Source of the DNA: an uncultured Dehalococcoidia bacterium
GTDB lineage: Bacteria > Chloroflexota > Dehalococcoidia > Lucifugimonadales > GCA-2712585
Direction: 5' to 3'
Assembly: GCA_964439905.1 (NCBI GenBank)
Contig: CAYTPK010000017.1
Location: forward strand, 72,039 to 136,038
DNA: 64,000 nt
Within the stretch, counting starts at the first letter, position 1; every line of letters begins with the position of its first letter. The notes under the pieces are model-generated. The model was given only the letters and a program-made list of their open reading frames with translations. It had not been told where the DNA came from and ran no database searches. Position numbers and translations under genes: made by a program. Shown one piece after another: positions 29,301-38,458 of this stretch.

Positions 29301-29834
29301 GGAGAAAGGCTTTGTATCTCCGACTATATTAGACCTTTATCTTTGGGCAAGAGTGATTACATAGGTTCGTTGGTAACGACGATAGGTCCCGGGGTAAGGG
29401 ATTTGGCAAACGATTGGATGACAAAAGGGGAATACTTGAATAGCCATGTTCTTCAAGCTATTGCTTTGGAATCTGCAGAAGCCTTTGCTGAACTACTGCA
29501 TAAGCGAATGAGGAGTATGTGGGGGCTCGGGGATTCTGCCAATGTGACTATACAGGATATTCTCAAGGCTAAATATCAAGGATGTAGGTATTCCTTTGGA
29601 TATCCGGCATGTCCTAGATTGGAAGATCAAACTCAAATATGGCAGCTTTTGAATCCTGAAGAGAATATAGGAGTTAGCCTAACAGAAGAGTTTATGATGG
29701 ATCCTGAAGGATCGGTCAGCGCCCTGGTGTTCCATCATCCGATGGCCAAGTATTTTAGTTTAAGTTCGTCTGACATTGAATCATTAGAAACACGGCTGGT
29801 TGGTGCTCCTGAAGAAAATAGTATCGGTTTTTGA
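26301..29834 (+). CDS. metH: Cobalamin-dependent methionine synthase (all modules incl. reactivation domain)
   Basis: 1177 aa. Hcy-binding 'GGCCGTTP', pterin-binding module, B12 motif 'GDVHDIGKN', C-terminal AdoMet-binding domain. Confidence 0.95.
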   Translation: MNLSKRINKLKELLEQRIVIVDGAMGTAIQNLALSAKDFDGEEYEGCNEILNLVNPGLISGIHQAHLQELPDIIETNSFGSTPLVLNEFGLGTQAYDISRAAARIARDATSEFETPEKTIFVAGSMGPTTRAISVTGGITWDELIKHYHVQAMGLIDGGADFLLLETAQDTLNVKAGLAAIDQLSMEMDRIIPVAVQSTIEIMGTMLGGQDIEGFYNSLAHRDLLWIGINCSTGPSFMRDHVRTLSQISRFPIAVIPNAGLPDEDGNYNETPESLSSTLEGFIDEGWVNVLGGCCGTTPDHIKQIRRMAQKRIVRVPVLRNDTFVSGLEPFVIDDDTRPVLVGERTNVLGSRKFKKLVAEENWEAGVEIGRKQVRDGAQILDICLQDPDRDETRDVSTFLEFLNGRVKVPLMLDSTDSVVLKEALKRTPGKSIINSINLEDGEDRLRIIVPLIKEFGAAVVVGCIDDDRVQGQAVTKERKLSIAKRVFKLLTEKYGIASQDIIFDPLVFPIATGDSNYIGSGLETIEGVRLIKKAFPTAKTILGISNVSFGLPMAGREVLNSVFFYHCVKAGLDMAIVNSQQLRRYASIPQDEKKLAEDLIWSRGVNPIAAFADHFRDIRPTKTDETRKTLPLNERISSCIVDGTKEGLFQDLDEALTGSTPLEIVNGPLMDGMDEVGRLFGQNELIVAEVLSSAEAMKAAVSYLEPHMDKDATVNKGKMLLATVKGDVHDIGKNLVDIIFTNNGFTVINLGIKVPPRELIDAFHKHKPDVIGLSGLLVKSARMMVETAHELKEASIEIPIIVGGAALTNRFTRLRIAPEYPGLVVYAGDAMSGLASMNILRDPTKLENLKSKLHLETDQIVAADQSRLSDHRTSGRAKTPGTVVETLQEVPIPPDLKLHTINDFDLSEIFKYINPVMLYVRHLGYRGKFEHALKNGERKALELRSKVREIEDVMLSRSDIKAKAVYKFFRAASVENDLLILSPNGQEVLSRFRFGRQQEGERLCISDYIRPLSLGKSDYIGSLVTTIGPGVRDLANDWMTKGEYLNSHVLQAIALESAEAFAELLHKRMRSMWGLGDSANVTIQDILKAKYQGCRYSFGYPACPRLEDQTQIWQLLNPEENIGVSLTEEFMMDPEGSVSALVFHHPMAKYFSLSSSDIESLETRLVGAPEENSIGF

Positions 29835-29919
29835 CATTCGACTAATTTCCAGCTATTAAACTCTTATAGGCTAGTATTCCTGTAGACTAATTTCGTGAAT
29901 TTGACGCTATCTAGTCGTA

Positions 29920-30903
29920 ATGGTACATTGCAGAACCAATTACCCCGGCCTATGGAATGCTGTGATCCAACTTTTGAAGCAGATCAGTCAGGGAGATCGA
30001 CGGGCTCTTGCGAAGGCTATATCTTTGGTAGAGTCAGATGATCCTTTTGGTATAGATGTTTTAAGAGCCTGCCACCCTGAGAATTGGCAGGCATTTGTAA
30101 TTGGTGTAACTGGGGCTCCAGGAGTTGGGAAAAGCACATTAATTTCCCAGCTAACAGAACGATATCTATACGATGATTTATCGGTTGGGATTATAGGGGT
30201 TGATCCTACTAGTCCTTTCTCAGGTGGTGCTGTCTTGGGAGATAGAGTTCGTATGAGCAATCATAACCTTGATCCAAGAGTTTTTATTAGAAGTATGGCC
30301 ACCCGTGATCGAACTGTTAGCCTACCCAAGAGAATCAGAGGTATTACGCGTCTGTTAAATTTATCAGGGAAGAATATTGTTATTGTTGAATCGGTTGGGG
30401 TGGGTCAGGCAGATTTGCATATACAAAATGTGGCCGATTTAGTGCTTGTGGTGCTTGCACCAGATATGGGCGATTCCATTCAATTCATGAAATCAGGCCT
30501 TATGGAGATAGCAGATATTTTTGTGGTTAACAAGTCGGATCATTTTGGGCTTGATAACATTCTTAGAGATCTTAAAGAGGTTGTGGATTCGGCGGATGAT
30601 ATATGTCCCGGCCGACGTGTTGTAATTACTACGCAATCATTAAATGGAGAAGGTATTGTAAAACTTAAGGAATCTATCCAAACCTATAGAGATCTGTTGG
30701 AATCCAATGGTGTCCTGAACGTGAGGCGTGAACATCATCGGTCAGTAGAATTTTCCGAGCTTGTGTTGCAGGAATTGAAGCTTCGACTAGAAAAGGATAT
30801 GTATCACGATCCTAGATTCGAATCCATACTTCAGAAAGTAAAAGATGGAGATATAGAACCCTATTCGGCTGCAATGTCATTTTTAAAACCGGGATTCCAC
30901 TAA
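29920..30903 (+). CDS. MeaB/ArgK-type G3E-family GTPase
   Basis: 327 aa. 'RRALAKAISLVES', Walker A 'GVTGAPGVGKSTLI', 'GGAVLGDRVRM', 'VESVGVGQ', 'VVNKSD'. Confidence 0.85.
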   Translation: MVHCRTNYPGLWNAVIQLLKQISQGDRRALAKAISLVESDDPFGIDVLRACHPENWQAFVIGVTGAPGVGKSTLISQLTERYLYDDLSVGIIGVDPTSPFSGGAVLGDRVRMSNHNLDPRVFIRSMATRDRTVSLPKRIRGITRLLNLSGKNIVIVESVGVGQADLHIQNVADLVLVVLAPDMGDSIQFMKSGLMEIADIFVVNKSDHFGLDNILRDLKEVVDSADDICPGRRVVITTQSLNGEGIVKLKESIQTYRDLLESNGVLNVRREHHRSVEFSELVLQELKLRLEKDMYHDPRFESILQKVKDGDIEPYSAAMSFLKPGFH

Positions 30904-31030
30904 GCCAATCATGGAGAGCAATCCTAAATTGGTGTGTGTAAAGATCTCAGGCGTAGTCATTTGCTAACTGTATTCTTCGAGCTCCCCACATATTTTAAGC
31001 ACTGGATAATATCACCAGACCCTCCGTAGG

Positions 31031-31891
31031 TTATTCGGGCCGAGTTTCATCCCTCTTTTTTCCGAGATTTAGGAATGGTTTCAGCATTGATGTGAATTCC
31101 ATTGGGAAAATGAATTTGGTCGATGGACTCGAACCCATGGATTTCAAGGTTTCAAAGTATTGTAAGCTCATAGTTTTTTCATCGATGGTATTTGCGACTT
31201 GGTATATCTTGTCTAGCGCTGTGCTGAATCCTTCTGCTCTCAATATTGTAGCCTGTTGATCTCCTTCAGCGGTAAGTATTTCTGACTGTCTTTTTCCCTC
31301 TGCTGTGAGAATTGCTGATTGCTTTTCCCCTTCAGCCCTGTTAATTGCAGCTTGTCTTTGACCTTCAGATTCTGTTATTTCGGCAGTTTTTATAGCTTCG
31401 GCAGATTTTTCCCGCTCCATAGCTGATTTCACGTTGGGGGGCGGATCAATTTCATTAATAGCTACTTGGGTTACTTTTACTGCCCACCGATCGGTAACCT
31501 CATCCAAAGATACTTGCAAGGTTTCCCGCATTCTTTCTCTGTCTGCTAGGGCAGAGGCTAATGTTGTTGCCCCGATAACCGTGCGGAGGGTTGCAACTGC
31601 CATATTCACCACTGCGGATTCAAAGTTCCGGACATTCAACACCGCTCTTTCGGCAATATCTTCTACGACACGGTAATAAATTACAAAATCCATATCCACT
31701 ACAACGTTATCGCTCGTTATGTATTTTTGAGTGGGTACTCGTTGGACTCGCTCGCGCAAATCTACTTTCCTTCCGTCTTCCATTATAGGGATCACAAATC
31801 TAAATCCTGGATGACTTATTCGGTTAAGCTGTCCCCAACGTAGAACTACTAATTTCTCGAATTGTTTCACCACCATTATTCCAAAACCCAT
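31031..31891 (-). CDS. SPFH/band-7 (stomatin/prohibitin-like) protein
   Basis: 286 aa. 'VVLRWG.L.R...PGFRFVIP', followed by an Ala/Glu/Gln-rich coiled coil with AEG repeats. Confidence 0.85.
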   Translation of the reverse strand: MGFGIMVVKQFEKLVVLRWGQLNRISHPGFRFVIPIMEDGRKVDLRERVQRVPTQKYITSDNVVVDMDFVIYYRVVEDIAERAVLNVRNFESAVVNMAVATLRTVIGATTLASALADRERMRETLQVSLDEVTDRWAVKVTQVAINEIDPPPNVKSAMEREKSAEAIKTAEITESEGQRQAAINRAEGEKQSAILTAEGKRQSEILTAEGDQQATILRAEGFSTALDKIYQVANTIDEKTMSLQYFETLKSMGSSPSTKFIFPMEFTSMLKPFLNLGKKRDETRPE

Positions 31892-32216
31892 ATCTTTACT
31901 CCTTTTGTCCTAGGTAGTAGTACTGTCATTCTCTAGTCCCCGGCAGGTATGTATTGGAAGGTGTCATTGCCAATGGTATACCGTGATTTTTGGGGGGACT
32001 TTTGGATTGTGGATATCATCTTGCCATACCTCTGTATCCATGTCCATGGTCCTCGTTGCGATAGGCTTTATTCACTAAAGATTGGAAATCTCTCAGCATT
32101 ATCCATTATATCAAAGAGGCATATTAATCTGACTCGATCACCGGATTATATTAGTGTATATATCATTTTGACATGTAAGTTTAGAGTTGTTTGGATGTTT
32201 AGGCAATTCATATTTA

Positions 32217-32246
32217 TTGACATCTTTTGAGGTGTAAACGTAGACT
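32217..32246 (+). promoter_or_regulatory. Candidate promoter for glyA (TTGACA-18 nt-TAGACT)
   Basis: TTGACA at 32217-32222 and TAGACT at 32241-32246. Confidence 0.35.
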
Positions 32247-32294
32247 GATAATCCTGATTCTGGTTATTCATTAAAGTTCGTACGGAGTTCATAC

Positions 32295-33548
32295 TTGGAA
32301 CTTATGAAGGCTACTAAGTCCTCAGACCCTGATGTTTATAGAGTGCTTGCCCGTGAGGAAGAGCGACAGCGTAATTCAATTGTTCTAATTGCTTCTGAAA
32401 ATTATGCCAGCAAGGCCGTGCTGCAAGCTCAGGCTTCCATCATAACTAATAAATATGCTGAAGGGTACCCTGGAAAGAGATATTATGCTGGTTGTGAAAA
32501 TGCAGATGAATTGGAAAATTTGGCTATAGAACGTGCTAAAAAATTATTCGGATCGGATCACGTAAATGTGCAAGCCCACAGCGGTGCTCAGGCAAATATG
32601 GCGGCTTATTTTGCTCTTTTGAACCCCGGTGACACAGTGATGGGTATGAAGTTAGACCAGGGCGGGCATTTGACACATGGGAGTCCAGCGAATTTTTCCG
32701 GTCGACTTTACAACTTTGTGAGCTATGGAGTTGATCCTGAATCAGAAGTGATCGATTACGATGATGTTTTGCAACAGGCGAAAAAATATAAACCAAAGTT
32801 GATTGTTGCCGGATTTACCGCATATCCAAGAATTATAGACTTTGAACGTTTTGGCAAAATTGCCCAAGAAACTGAATCTATGTTAATGGTAGATATGGCA
32901 CATATATCTGGGCTTATAGCAGGGGGTGTGCATCCTTCGCCGGTTCCGTACGCTGATATTGTTACAACGACTACACAGAAAACATTGAGGGGACCTAGAG
33001 GAGGAATGATATTAAGTAAAGGGAGGTTGGGAAAACTGGTTGATCGCGCAGTTTTTCCTATGGTACAGGGGGGGCCATTCATGCATGTTATAGCTGCAAA
33101 GGCAGTTTGTTTCGGGGAAGCCCTTAAACCATCTTTTAAAAAATATGCTAGCAAGATTGTGGAGAACTCGCGAACATTGGCTGAATCGCTTTCTTCAGGG
33201 GGACTGAGGATGGTTTCAGGAGGTACTGACACTCATCTGTGCTTAGTGGATCTTAGGCCACTTGGTATAAAAGGAAACGAAGCAGTTGAAGTTTTGGGCA
33301 AAGTTGGAATTATTGTAAACAAGAATGTTATACCAAACGATACGGAATCACCGCGTATAACAAGCGGGCTTAGATTGGGTACTGCGGCTGTAACTAGCCG
33401 TGGTATGGGACCTCAGGAATTATGGCAGATTGGTCAGATTATTGTCCGATCTCTTGCGGAACCTGATGATAAATGCTTGTTAAGAAATATTAGAATTGAG
33501 GCCAATGGCTTGGCTTCACGGTTTCCGGTCCCAGGGATTGATGAGTAA
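32295..33548 (+). CDS. glyA: Serine hydroxymethyltransferase
   Basis: 417 aa. TTG start 7 nt after ACGGAG. 'ASENY.S.AV', PLP site '[15 protein letters not shown]' (Gln where E. coli has His228). Confidence 0.93.
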   Translation: MELMKATKSSDPDVYRVLAREEERQRNSIVLIASENYASKAVLQAQASIITNKYAEGYPGKRYYAGCENADELENLAIERAKKLFGSDHVNVQAHSGAQANMAAYFALLNPGDTVMGMKLDQGGHLTHGSPANFSGRLYNFVSYGVDPESEVIDYDDVLQQAKKYKPKLIVAGFTAYPRIIDFERFGKIAQETESMLMVDMAHISGLIAGGVHPSPVPYADIVTTTTQKTLRGPRGGMILSKGRLGKLVDRAVFPMVQGGPFMHVIAAKAVCFGEALKPSFKKYASKIVENSRTLAESLSSGGLRMVSGGTDTHLCLVDLRPLGIKGNEAVEVLGKVGIIVNKNVIPNDTESPRITSGLRLGTAAVTSRGMGPQELWQIGQIIVRSLAEPDDKCLLRNIRIEANGLASRFPVPGIDE

Positions 33549-33554
33549 CGTTGG

Positions 33555-33584
33555 TTGAGCGTGGGAATCGCCCGGTGCTATAAT
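33555..33584 (+). promoter_or_regulatory. Candidate extended -10 promoter for rpsF-ssb-rpsR (TTGAGC-18 nt-TGcTATAAT)
   Basis: TATAAT at 33579-33584 preceded by TGc at 33576-33578. -35-like TTGAGC at 33555-33560. Confidence 0.45.
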
Positions 33585-33609
33585 TAGTCAAATTACATTG
33601 AGTAGGTAT

Positions 33610-34035
33610 ATGAAAAAAGATTTTGAAATCATGTTGATACTTAACCCCGCTCTTAGCGACGAGGAAAGTGCAACATCAATTAATAATATTAAAGAATTGG
33701 TAGGAAGAGGCGGGGGCACGGTCTCACAAGAGGATAAGTGGGGAACTAGGCATTTGGCCTATCCGATAAAAAAACGTGGTCAGAGGTATTTAGAAGGAAC
33801 ATATCATTTGATGTATGCTGAGATTGAATCATCTGAACTACAGTCGCTTGATAGGCAACTTAGATTGTCAGACGCTCTTCTAAGATTCATGATCGTAAGA
33901 GGAGAAAAACCCACAAAGGAAGAACCGGCAAAAAAGATTAGGAAAAAGACTACTGAGGAAGCTCCTAGTGATACAGTAGCCACTGAGGAAGCTCAGGAAG
34001 ATCATGCTCAGGTGTCCGACAAAGATAAGGAATAA
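33610..34035 (+). CDS. rpsF: 30S ribosomal protein S6 (with acidic/charged C-terminal tail)
   Basis: The ORF opens at 33598, but the ATG at 33610 ('MKKDFEIMLILNP.LSDEE') is the typical S6 start. 'WGTRHLAYPIKK' motif. Confidence 0.88.
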   Translation: MKKDFEIMLILNPALSDEESATSINNIKELVGRGGGTVSQEDKWGTRHLAYPIKKRGQRYLEGTYHLMYAEIESSELQSLDRQLRLSDALLRFMIVRGEKPTKEEPAKKIRKKTTEEAPSDTVATEEAQEDHAQVSDKDKE

Positions 34036-34069
34036 TATAGCTAAGTAGAAAAAGGAAGGATCGCTTTAT

Positions 34070-34495
34070 ATGGCCGGCTTAAATAAGATAATGATAATAG
34101 GGAATCTAGGTAGGGATCCAGAGATGCGATACACGCCTAGTGGTGTACCGGTTACGTCTTTTAGCATTGCCGTAAGTAGGACTTTTCGTGACCGTGATGG
34201 AGAACGACAGGATGAAACCGAATGGTTTAACGTGGTAGCTTGGGAGCGATTGGCCGAACGAGTCAATCAGTATCTTGCAAAAGGCCGGCAAGCTTACATT
34301 GAGGGCCGATTTAAGAGTCGTAGGTGGGAAGGTCAGGATGGCCAATCCAGAGTTACGAATGAAATCATAGCGCAATCGGTTGTGTTTTTAGGCGGGAGTG
34401 GTGATTCAGGTAGGGATGGTGATTCGGTCGGTGGAGGTCTATCTGAAGGAAATGACTTCTCGATGCCTACCGAAGCTGAGGACCTGCCTTTTTAA
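34070..34495 (+). CDS. ssb: Single-stranded DNA-binding protein
   Basis: 141 aa. 'LNKIMIIGNLGRDPEMRYTPSG', Gly-rich linker, C-terminal 'EDLPF' tip. Confidence 0.93.
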   Translation: MAGLNKIMIIGNLGRDPEMRYTPSGVPVTSFSIAVSRTFRDRDGERQDETEWFNVVAWERLAERVNQYLAKGRQAYIEGRFKSRRWEGQDGQSRVTNEIIAQSVVFLGGSGDSGRDGDSVGGGLSEGNDFSMPTEAEDLPF

Positions 34496-34520
34496 TTGAT
34501 TAATTATAGGAGACCAATTC

Positions 34521-34796
34521 ATGACTAGTCTTCCCAAAAGAGACGCTGGCGTACGTCCACGACGTAGATTTGTATCCCGTCGCAAGGTATGTACTTTTTG
34601 TGTAGAGAAGGTTACGCACATAGATTATAAGGACGTGGGCCGTCTACGGCGATTTATGTCGGACAGATCTAAAATAGATCCCAGCCGTAAGTCTGGTACG
34701 TGTGCGCTTCACCAAAGAGCTCTGACCAGAGCGATAAAAAGAGCTAGAATGATAGCTTTGCTTCCGTTCAGTCCAAATCACCTTGGAGCGAATTAG
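34521..34796 (+). CDS. rpsR: 30S ribosomal protein S18
   Basis: 91 aa. '[14 protein letters not shown]...IDYKDV..LRRF.S.R.KI', 'TG.CA.HQR.L..AIKRAR'. Confidence 0.92.
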   Translation: MTSLPKRDAGVRPRRRFVSRRKVCTFCVEKVTHIDYKDVGRLRRFMSDRSKIDPSRKSGTCALHQRALTRAIKRARMIALLPFSPNHLGAN

Positions 34797-34877
34797 AAGG
34801 TATCGTTTGAGATAGATTTTTGATCCGCCTATGAGAGTGTTCTGAGCTCTACGGCGACACCATGTAAGGATTCGTTT

Positions 34878-36041
34878 ATGGATACAACCCCCAAAAATCG
34901 ATTAAGTGGAGATTCCCAACAACCAAAGGATCGACGTGTTCGGCTATCCCGTTTACGTATGAACCCAAGGAGAAAAAGGTTTCTTCTAATTTTTATTGCA
35001 GTGTTTTTGCTAACTATAGGCGGCATTGTGACCAGTGCGTGGTATCTGAATTTTTATTTACCTCCGAGAGTTGAAGCTGCAGTAGTTAACGAAACAAAGT
35101 TTGATCAGGGAGACTTGGTGAAACGTGTTCGTATGATACAGGCAGCTACAGGATATTCAGAGACCAATATTACTCTTACGGATGTTTTGCGTATCTTATA
35201 CAATCCTGACCTTGATGTAAGTGCAGGACCATTTAATTTGGGAATGGTCCAATTGGAACTGTTGATACAAGCGTCAGATGAATTCAATGTTAAGATTACC
35301 GAGAACGATATAGATACTTTTGTTAGCACGGTCTTCGAGGCTGACGTGCCTCCAGGGCAGGAAACCACTCAAGATCAATTAGACAGGGAGTTCGAGGAGA
35401 GATATCTTAGCTATTTGAACTTTAATAGAATAACCGAAGCTGAATTTAGACGGTTGGCCTTAGAACAGCTTACTTTTCTGGAAATGGTCCGGGCAATGGA
35501 CGAAAATATCTCAGAAGAAATGGAACATGTTGACGTTTCTTGGATAAGGGTTCCGTTAATGCCTGATCCTATTGCATCTAGCTCCGACACTTTTGAGGAC
35601 GTTAGGGCAGTTCGGGAAAGAGCATTAATTCAGGGATTTGAAACTGTCGCCGCGGACTACTCTAAGAACTTTGTGTATGCTCTTCCAAATGGAAGTGTCG
35701 GTTGGATACCTAAAGGTGCTTTCCCAGATTTAGATCCATGGTTATTTGGAACGGAAGATTTTCCTGGAATCGATTCCGGAGATCTAACCGAAGGTATACA
35801 GAGTGGAGACCACTTTGTAATAGCTAAGGTAAATGACGGCCCTAAAGTGATGGAAGTAGGGGCTAGATGGAGATCCAAACTACGCGAACAGTTATTGGAA
35901 AGTTGGGTTGAGGATAGATTTGAAAAGGGGACATCAGAAGGATGGGTTGGGATTAACTTTGATAGTAGTCTTTATGAATGGACTGTTGAACAATTAATGC
36001 AAACTGCTGGCCAAAAACGAGGAATGTCCCTAGGTGAGTAA
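34878..36041 (+). CDS. Membrane-anchored SurA/PrsA-like chaperone (degenerate parvulin-type PPIase domain)
   Basis: 387 aa. Basic N-terminus plus a single TM segment ('FLLIFIAVFLLTIGGIV'), a long helical region, and C-terminal 'GSVGWIPKGAFPDLDPWLF'. This is a weak family call. Confidence 0.4.
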   Translation: MDTTPKNRLSGDSQQPKDRRVRLSRLRMNPRRKRFLLIFIAVFLLTIGGIVTSAWYLNFYLPPRVEAAVVNETKFDQGDLVKRVRMIQAATGYSETNITLTDVLRILYNPDLDVSAGPFNLGMVQLELLIQASDEFNVKITENDIDTFVSTVFEADVPPGQETTQDQLDREFEERYLSYLNFNRITEAEFRRLALEQLTFLEMVRAMDENISEEMEHVDVSWIRVPLMPDPIASSSDTFEDVRAVRERALIQGFETVAADYSKNFVYALPNGSVGWIPKGAFPDLDPWLFGTEDFPGIDSGDLTEGIQSGDHFVIAKVNDGPKVMEVGARWRSKLREQLLESWVEDRFEKGTSEGWVGINFDSSLYEWTVEQLMQTAGQKRGMSLGE

Positions 36042-37347
36042 CAATAATCCACCTATCGGTGTAGGTTTATTGGGGCTTGGTTCTGTAGGTGCTGGAGTCG
36101 CAGAAGCTCTGTTCTGTCATTCCGAGAGATTGTTATCTCAATCAGGTATAGAATTCGATCTGAAGCATATATTGGTTAGGAATGTTGAAAAGAATCGTCC
36201 AATTAATATACCGTCTGGGGTTCTGACACAGAACCCAGATAAAGTTCTTGCTGATTCGGAAATCCAGATTATTATTGAACTAATCGGGGGCATACATCCG
36301 GCATCCGAATATGTAAGACAGGCGTTGCGTTCTGGGAAAGATGTCATTACTGCTAATAAAGATTTAGTTGCACGGGAAGGCCCAGAACTTTTTGAATTGG
36401 CGCGCAAATATGGTAGAAGTTTTAGATTCGAGGCTGCGGTTTGTGGAGGAATGCCTATTATTGGCCCAATTACCAGAGACCTGCAGGCAAATGACTTCAG
36501 ATCTATACACGCTATATTAAATGGGACAACCAACTTTATCATCACGTCTATAGAAGAGCAGGGTACGGGATTCGACGAGGCTTTAGATTTGGCACGAACA
36601 TTAGGATATGCAGAAAGTGACTCATCTAACGATATTTCAGGATTAGATGCTGCTAATAAACTCGCGATAATTGCAACTCTGGCGTTTAGGAACTATGTTG
36701 ATCCAGCTGACATATATTGCGAAGGTATACAGAAATTGGAATCCAGGGACTTTCTGTACGCAAAGGAACTTGGATATGGAATAAAATTATTAGCTATGGC
36801 GGAAGCGCAAGAGGATGGGATATTAGTTAGAGTCCATCCTTCACTGGTTCCGGAGTCGCATTTGTTAGCAAAAGTCTCTGGAATATATAACGCAGTTCAA
36901 CTCGATGGGAATTATTCCGGTAGTATAGTCTTCCATGCTCAAGGAGCTGGTAGATGGCCCACCACGAGCGCGATTTTGGGGGAACTATTGGATGTTGGTA
37001 AGGGCATTTTGACAGTTCAAGCTCCTCATTTACCATTACCAGTGATAGAACGAAACAAAACTTTGAAGAATATACTTGATTTGAAGACTAGTTATTATTT
37101 TAGAATGACTGTATCTGATGAGGCGGGAGTATTTGGACAGATAGCAGCAGTACTAGGTTCGATGGAGATTAGTATCGCCTCGGTTATTCAGAAGGATGCA
37201 GATACAGAGAAAGGTACGGCGGAAATTGTAATAACTACACATTCATCAAGGGAATACCAAATCCAGCAATCACTTGCAATTTTGTCAGATCTTCCAGTTG
37301 TAGTTATGGTTAATAATGTGATAAGGATAGAAGAGTTATCTAGTTAG
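36034..37347 (+). CDS. hom: Homoserine dehydrogenase (with C-terminal ACT domain)
   Basis: 437 aa. 'IGVGLLGLGSVGAGV', 'VITANKDL', 'FEAAVCGGMPII', 'ILNGTTNFI', 'AE.D.S.DI.G.DAA.KL'. Confidence 0.92.
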   Translation: MSNNNPPIGVGLLGLGSVGAGVAEALFCHSERLLSQSGIEFDLKHILVRNVEKNRPINIPSGVLTQNPDKVLADSEIQIIIELIGGIHPASEYVRQALRSGKDVITANKDLVAREGPELFELARKYGRSFRFEAAVCGGMPIIGPITRDLQANDFRSIHAILNGTTNFIITSIEEQGTGFDEALDLARTLGYAESDSSNDISGLDAANKLAIIATLAFRNYVDPADIYCEGIQKLESRDFLYAKELGYGIKLLAMAEAQEDGILVRVHPSLVPESHLLAKVSGIYNAVQLDGNYSGSIVFHAQGAGRWPTTSAILGELLDVGKGILTVQAPHLPLPVIERNKTLKNILDLKTSYYFRMTVSDEAGVFGQIAAVLGSMEISIASVIQKDADTEKGTAEIVITTHSSREYQIQQSLAILSDLPVVVMVNNVIRIEELSS

Positions 37348-37355
37348 GAGGTTTT

Positions 37356-38417
37356 GTGGCTGGAACAGGTATATTAAATTTGTACCGCGAATTCTTGCCG
37401 GTTGCAGAAAAAACTCCTCTTATTACCCTTGGGGAGGGGCAAACTCCCTTGGTCCGTTCGACAGCAGTGTCTAAATTAGTTCAATGTGAGGACCTGTTTT
37501 TCAAGCTAGAAGGTTCGAACCCAACGGGATCATTTAAGGATCGAGGTATGGTTGTCGCTGTTGCTAAAGCTATGGAAGCAGAGAGTACGGGGATTATATG
37601 TGCTTCTACAGGTAACACCAGCGCCTCCGCCGCTGCATATGGAGCTCGATTCAAATTACCCGTTACAGTAGTAGTTCCAGCTGGCGGTGTTTCCTCTAGT
37701 AAGCTTGCCCAAGTACGGGCTCATGGAGCCCGAATAGTCTCAGTATACGGGAATTTTGATGACGCATTATCACTGGTTCAGTTGATTGCTAAGAATCACC
37801 CTATCACTTTAGTGAATTCAGTTAATCCGTACAGATTACAAGGCCAGAAAACGGCGGCCTTTGAAATAATAGACGAACTAGGGTTTTCTCCTGATTACGT
37901 CGCTATACCTGTTGGTAATGCGGGGAATATATCAGCGTATTGGAGAGGGTTTTCAGAATATAGTAATCGAGGACTCGTCCAATCCGTTCCCAGAATGATG
38001 GGATTTCAAGCTAAGGGAGCATCTCCATTAGTTCAGAATAGGCCCTTTGAAAATCCCGACACTATCGCTTCGGCTATACGGATCGGGAATCCGGTTAATT
38101 GGGAAAGTGCTCTAAGCGTTGTAAAAGAGTCGAAAGGTTTAATAGAGGCTGTAACTGATGAGGAAATAGCAGATGCGTGTGGCAAATTGGCATCACTGGA
38201 GGGAATTTTTTGTGAACTTGCTTCGGCAGCTTCATTAGCTGGGATCTTGAAATTATACAAAGCGGGCTGGAATTTTCATGGTAAGCGAGTTATATGTATT
38301 ATTACCGGTTCCGGGTTAAAGCAACCAGAATTGGTCGAACATTTGTCTTTGCCAAATGTTGTAGAAGTACCAGCTACTTTAGAAGAATTAGAATCCGCTA
38401 TGTTCGGATCTCATTGA
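37356..38417 (+). CDS. thrC: Threonine synthase (canonical short form)
   Basis: 353 aa. AGGAGG SD, GTG start. 'LGEGQTPL', PLP 'NPTGSFKDRGM', 'ASTGNTSASAAAY'. Directly follows hom. Confidence 0.92.
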   Translation: MAGTGILNLYREFLPVAEKTPLITLGEGQTPLVRSTAVSKLVQCEDLFFKLEGSNPTGSFKDRGMVVAVAKAMEAESTGIICASTGNTSASAAAYGARFKLPVTVVVPAGGVSSSKLAQVRAHGARIVSVYGNFDDALSLVQLIAKNHPITLVNSVNPYRLQGQKTAAFEIIDELGFSPDYVAIPVGNAGNISAYWRGFSEYSNRGLVQSVPRMMGFQAKGASPLVQNRPFENPDTIASAIRIGNPVNWESALSVVKESKGLIEAVTDEEIADACGKLASLEGIFCELASAASLAGILKLYKAGWNFHGKRVICIITGSGLKQPELVEHLSLPNVVEVPATLEELESAMFGSH

Positions 38418-38458
38418 TAATGATTTAGTGACGAGTTAATTTTCCTTGAGAGGCATAC

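Noticed and set aside
31949-32230. 93-aa ORF in the glyA upstream spacer.
   Set aside because: It has no SD and an odd W/F/I/C-rich composition. It spans promoter-like boxes and AT-rich sequence, and I recognise no family resemblance.
37512-37522. tRNA T-arm-like strings GGTTCGAACCC (37512-37522) and GGATTCGAATCC (41369-41380).
   Set aside because: Both are in-frame coding sequence of thrC and the MshD-like gene. There are no matching acceptor, D or anticodon arms around them.
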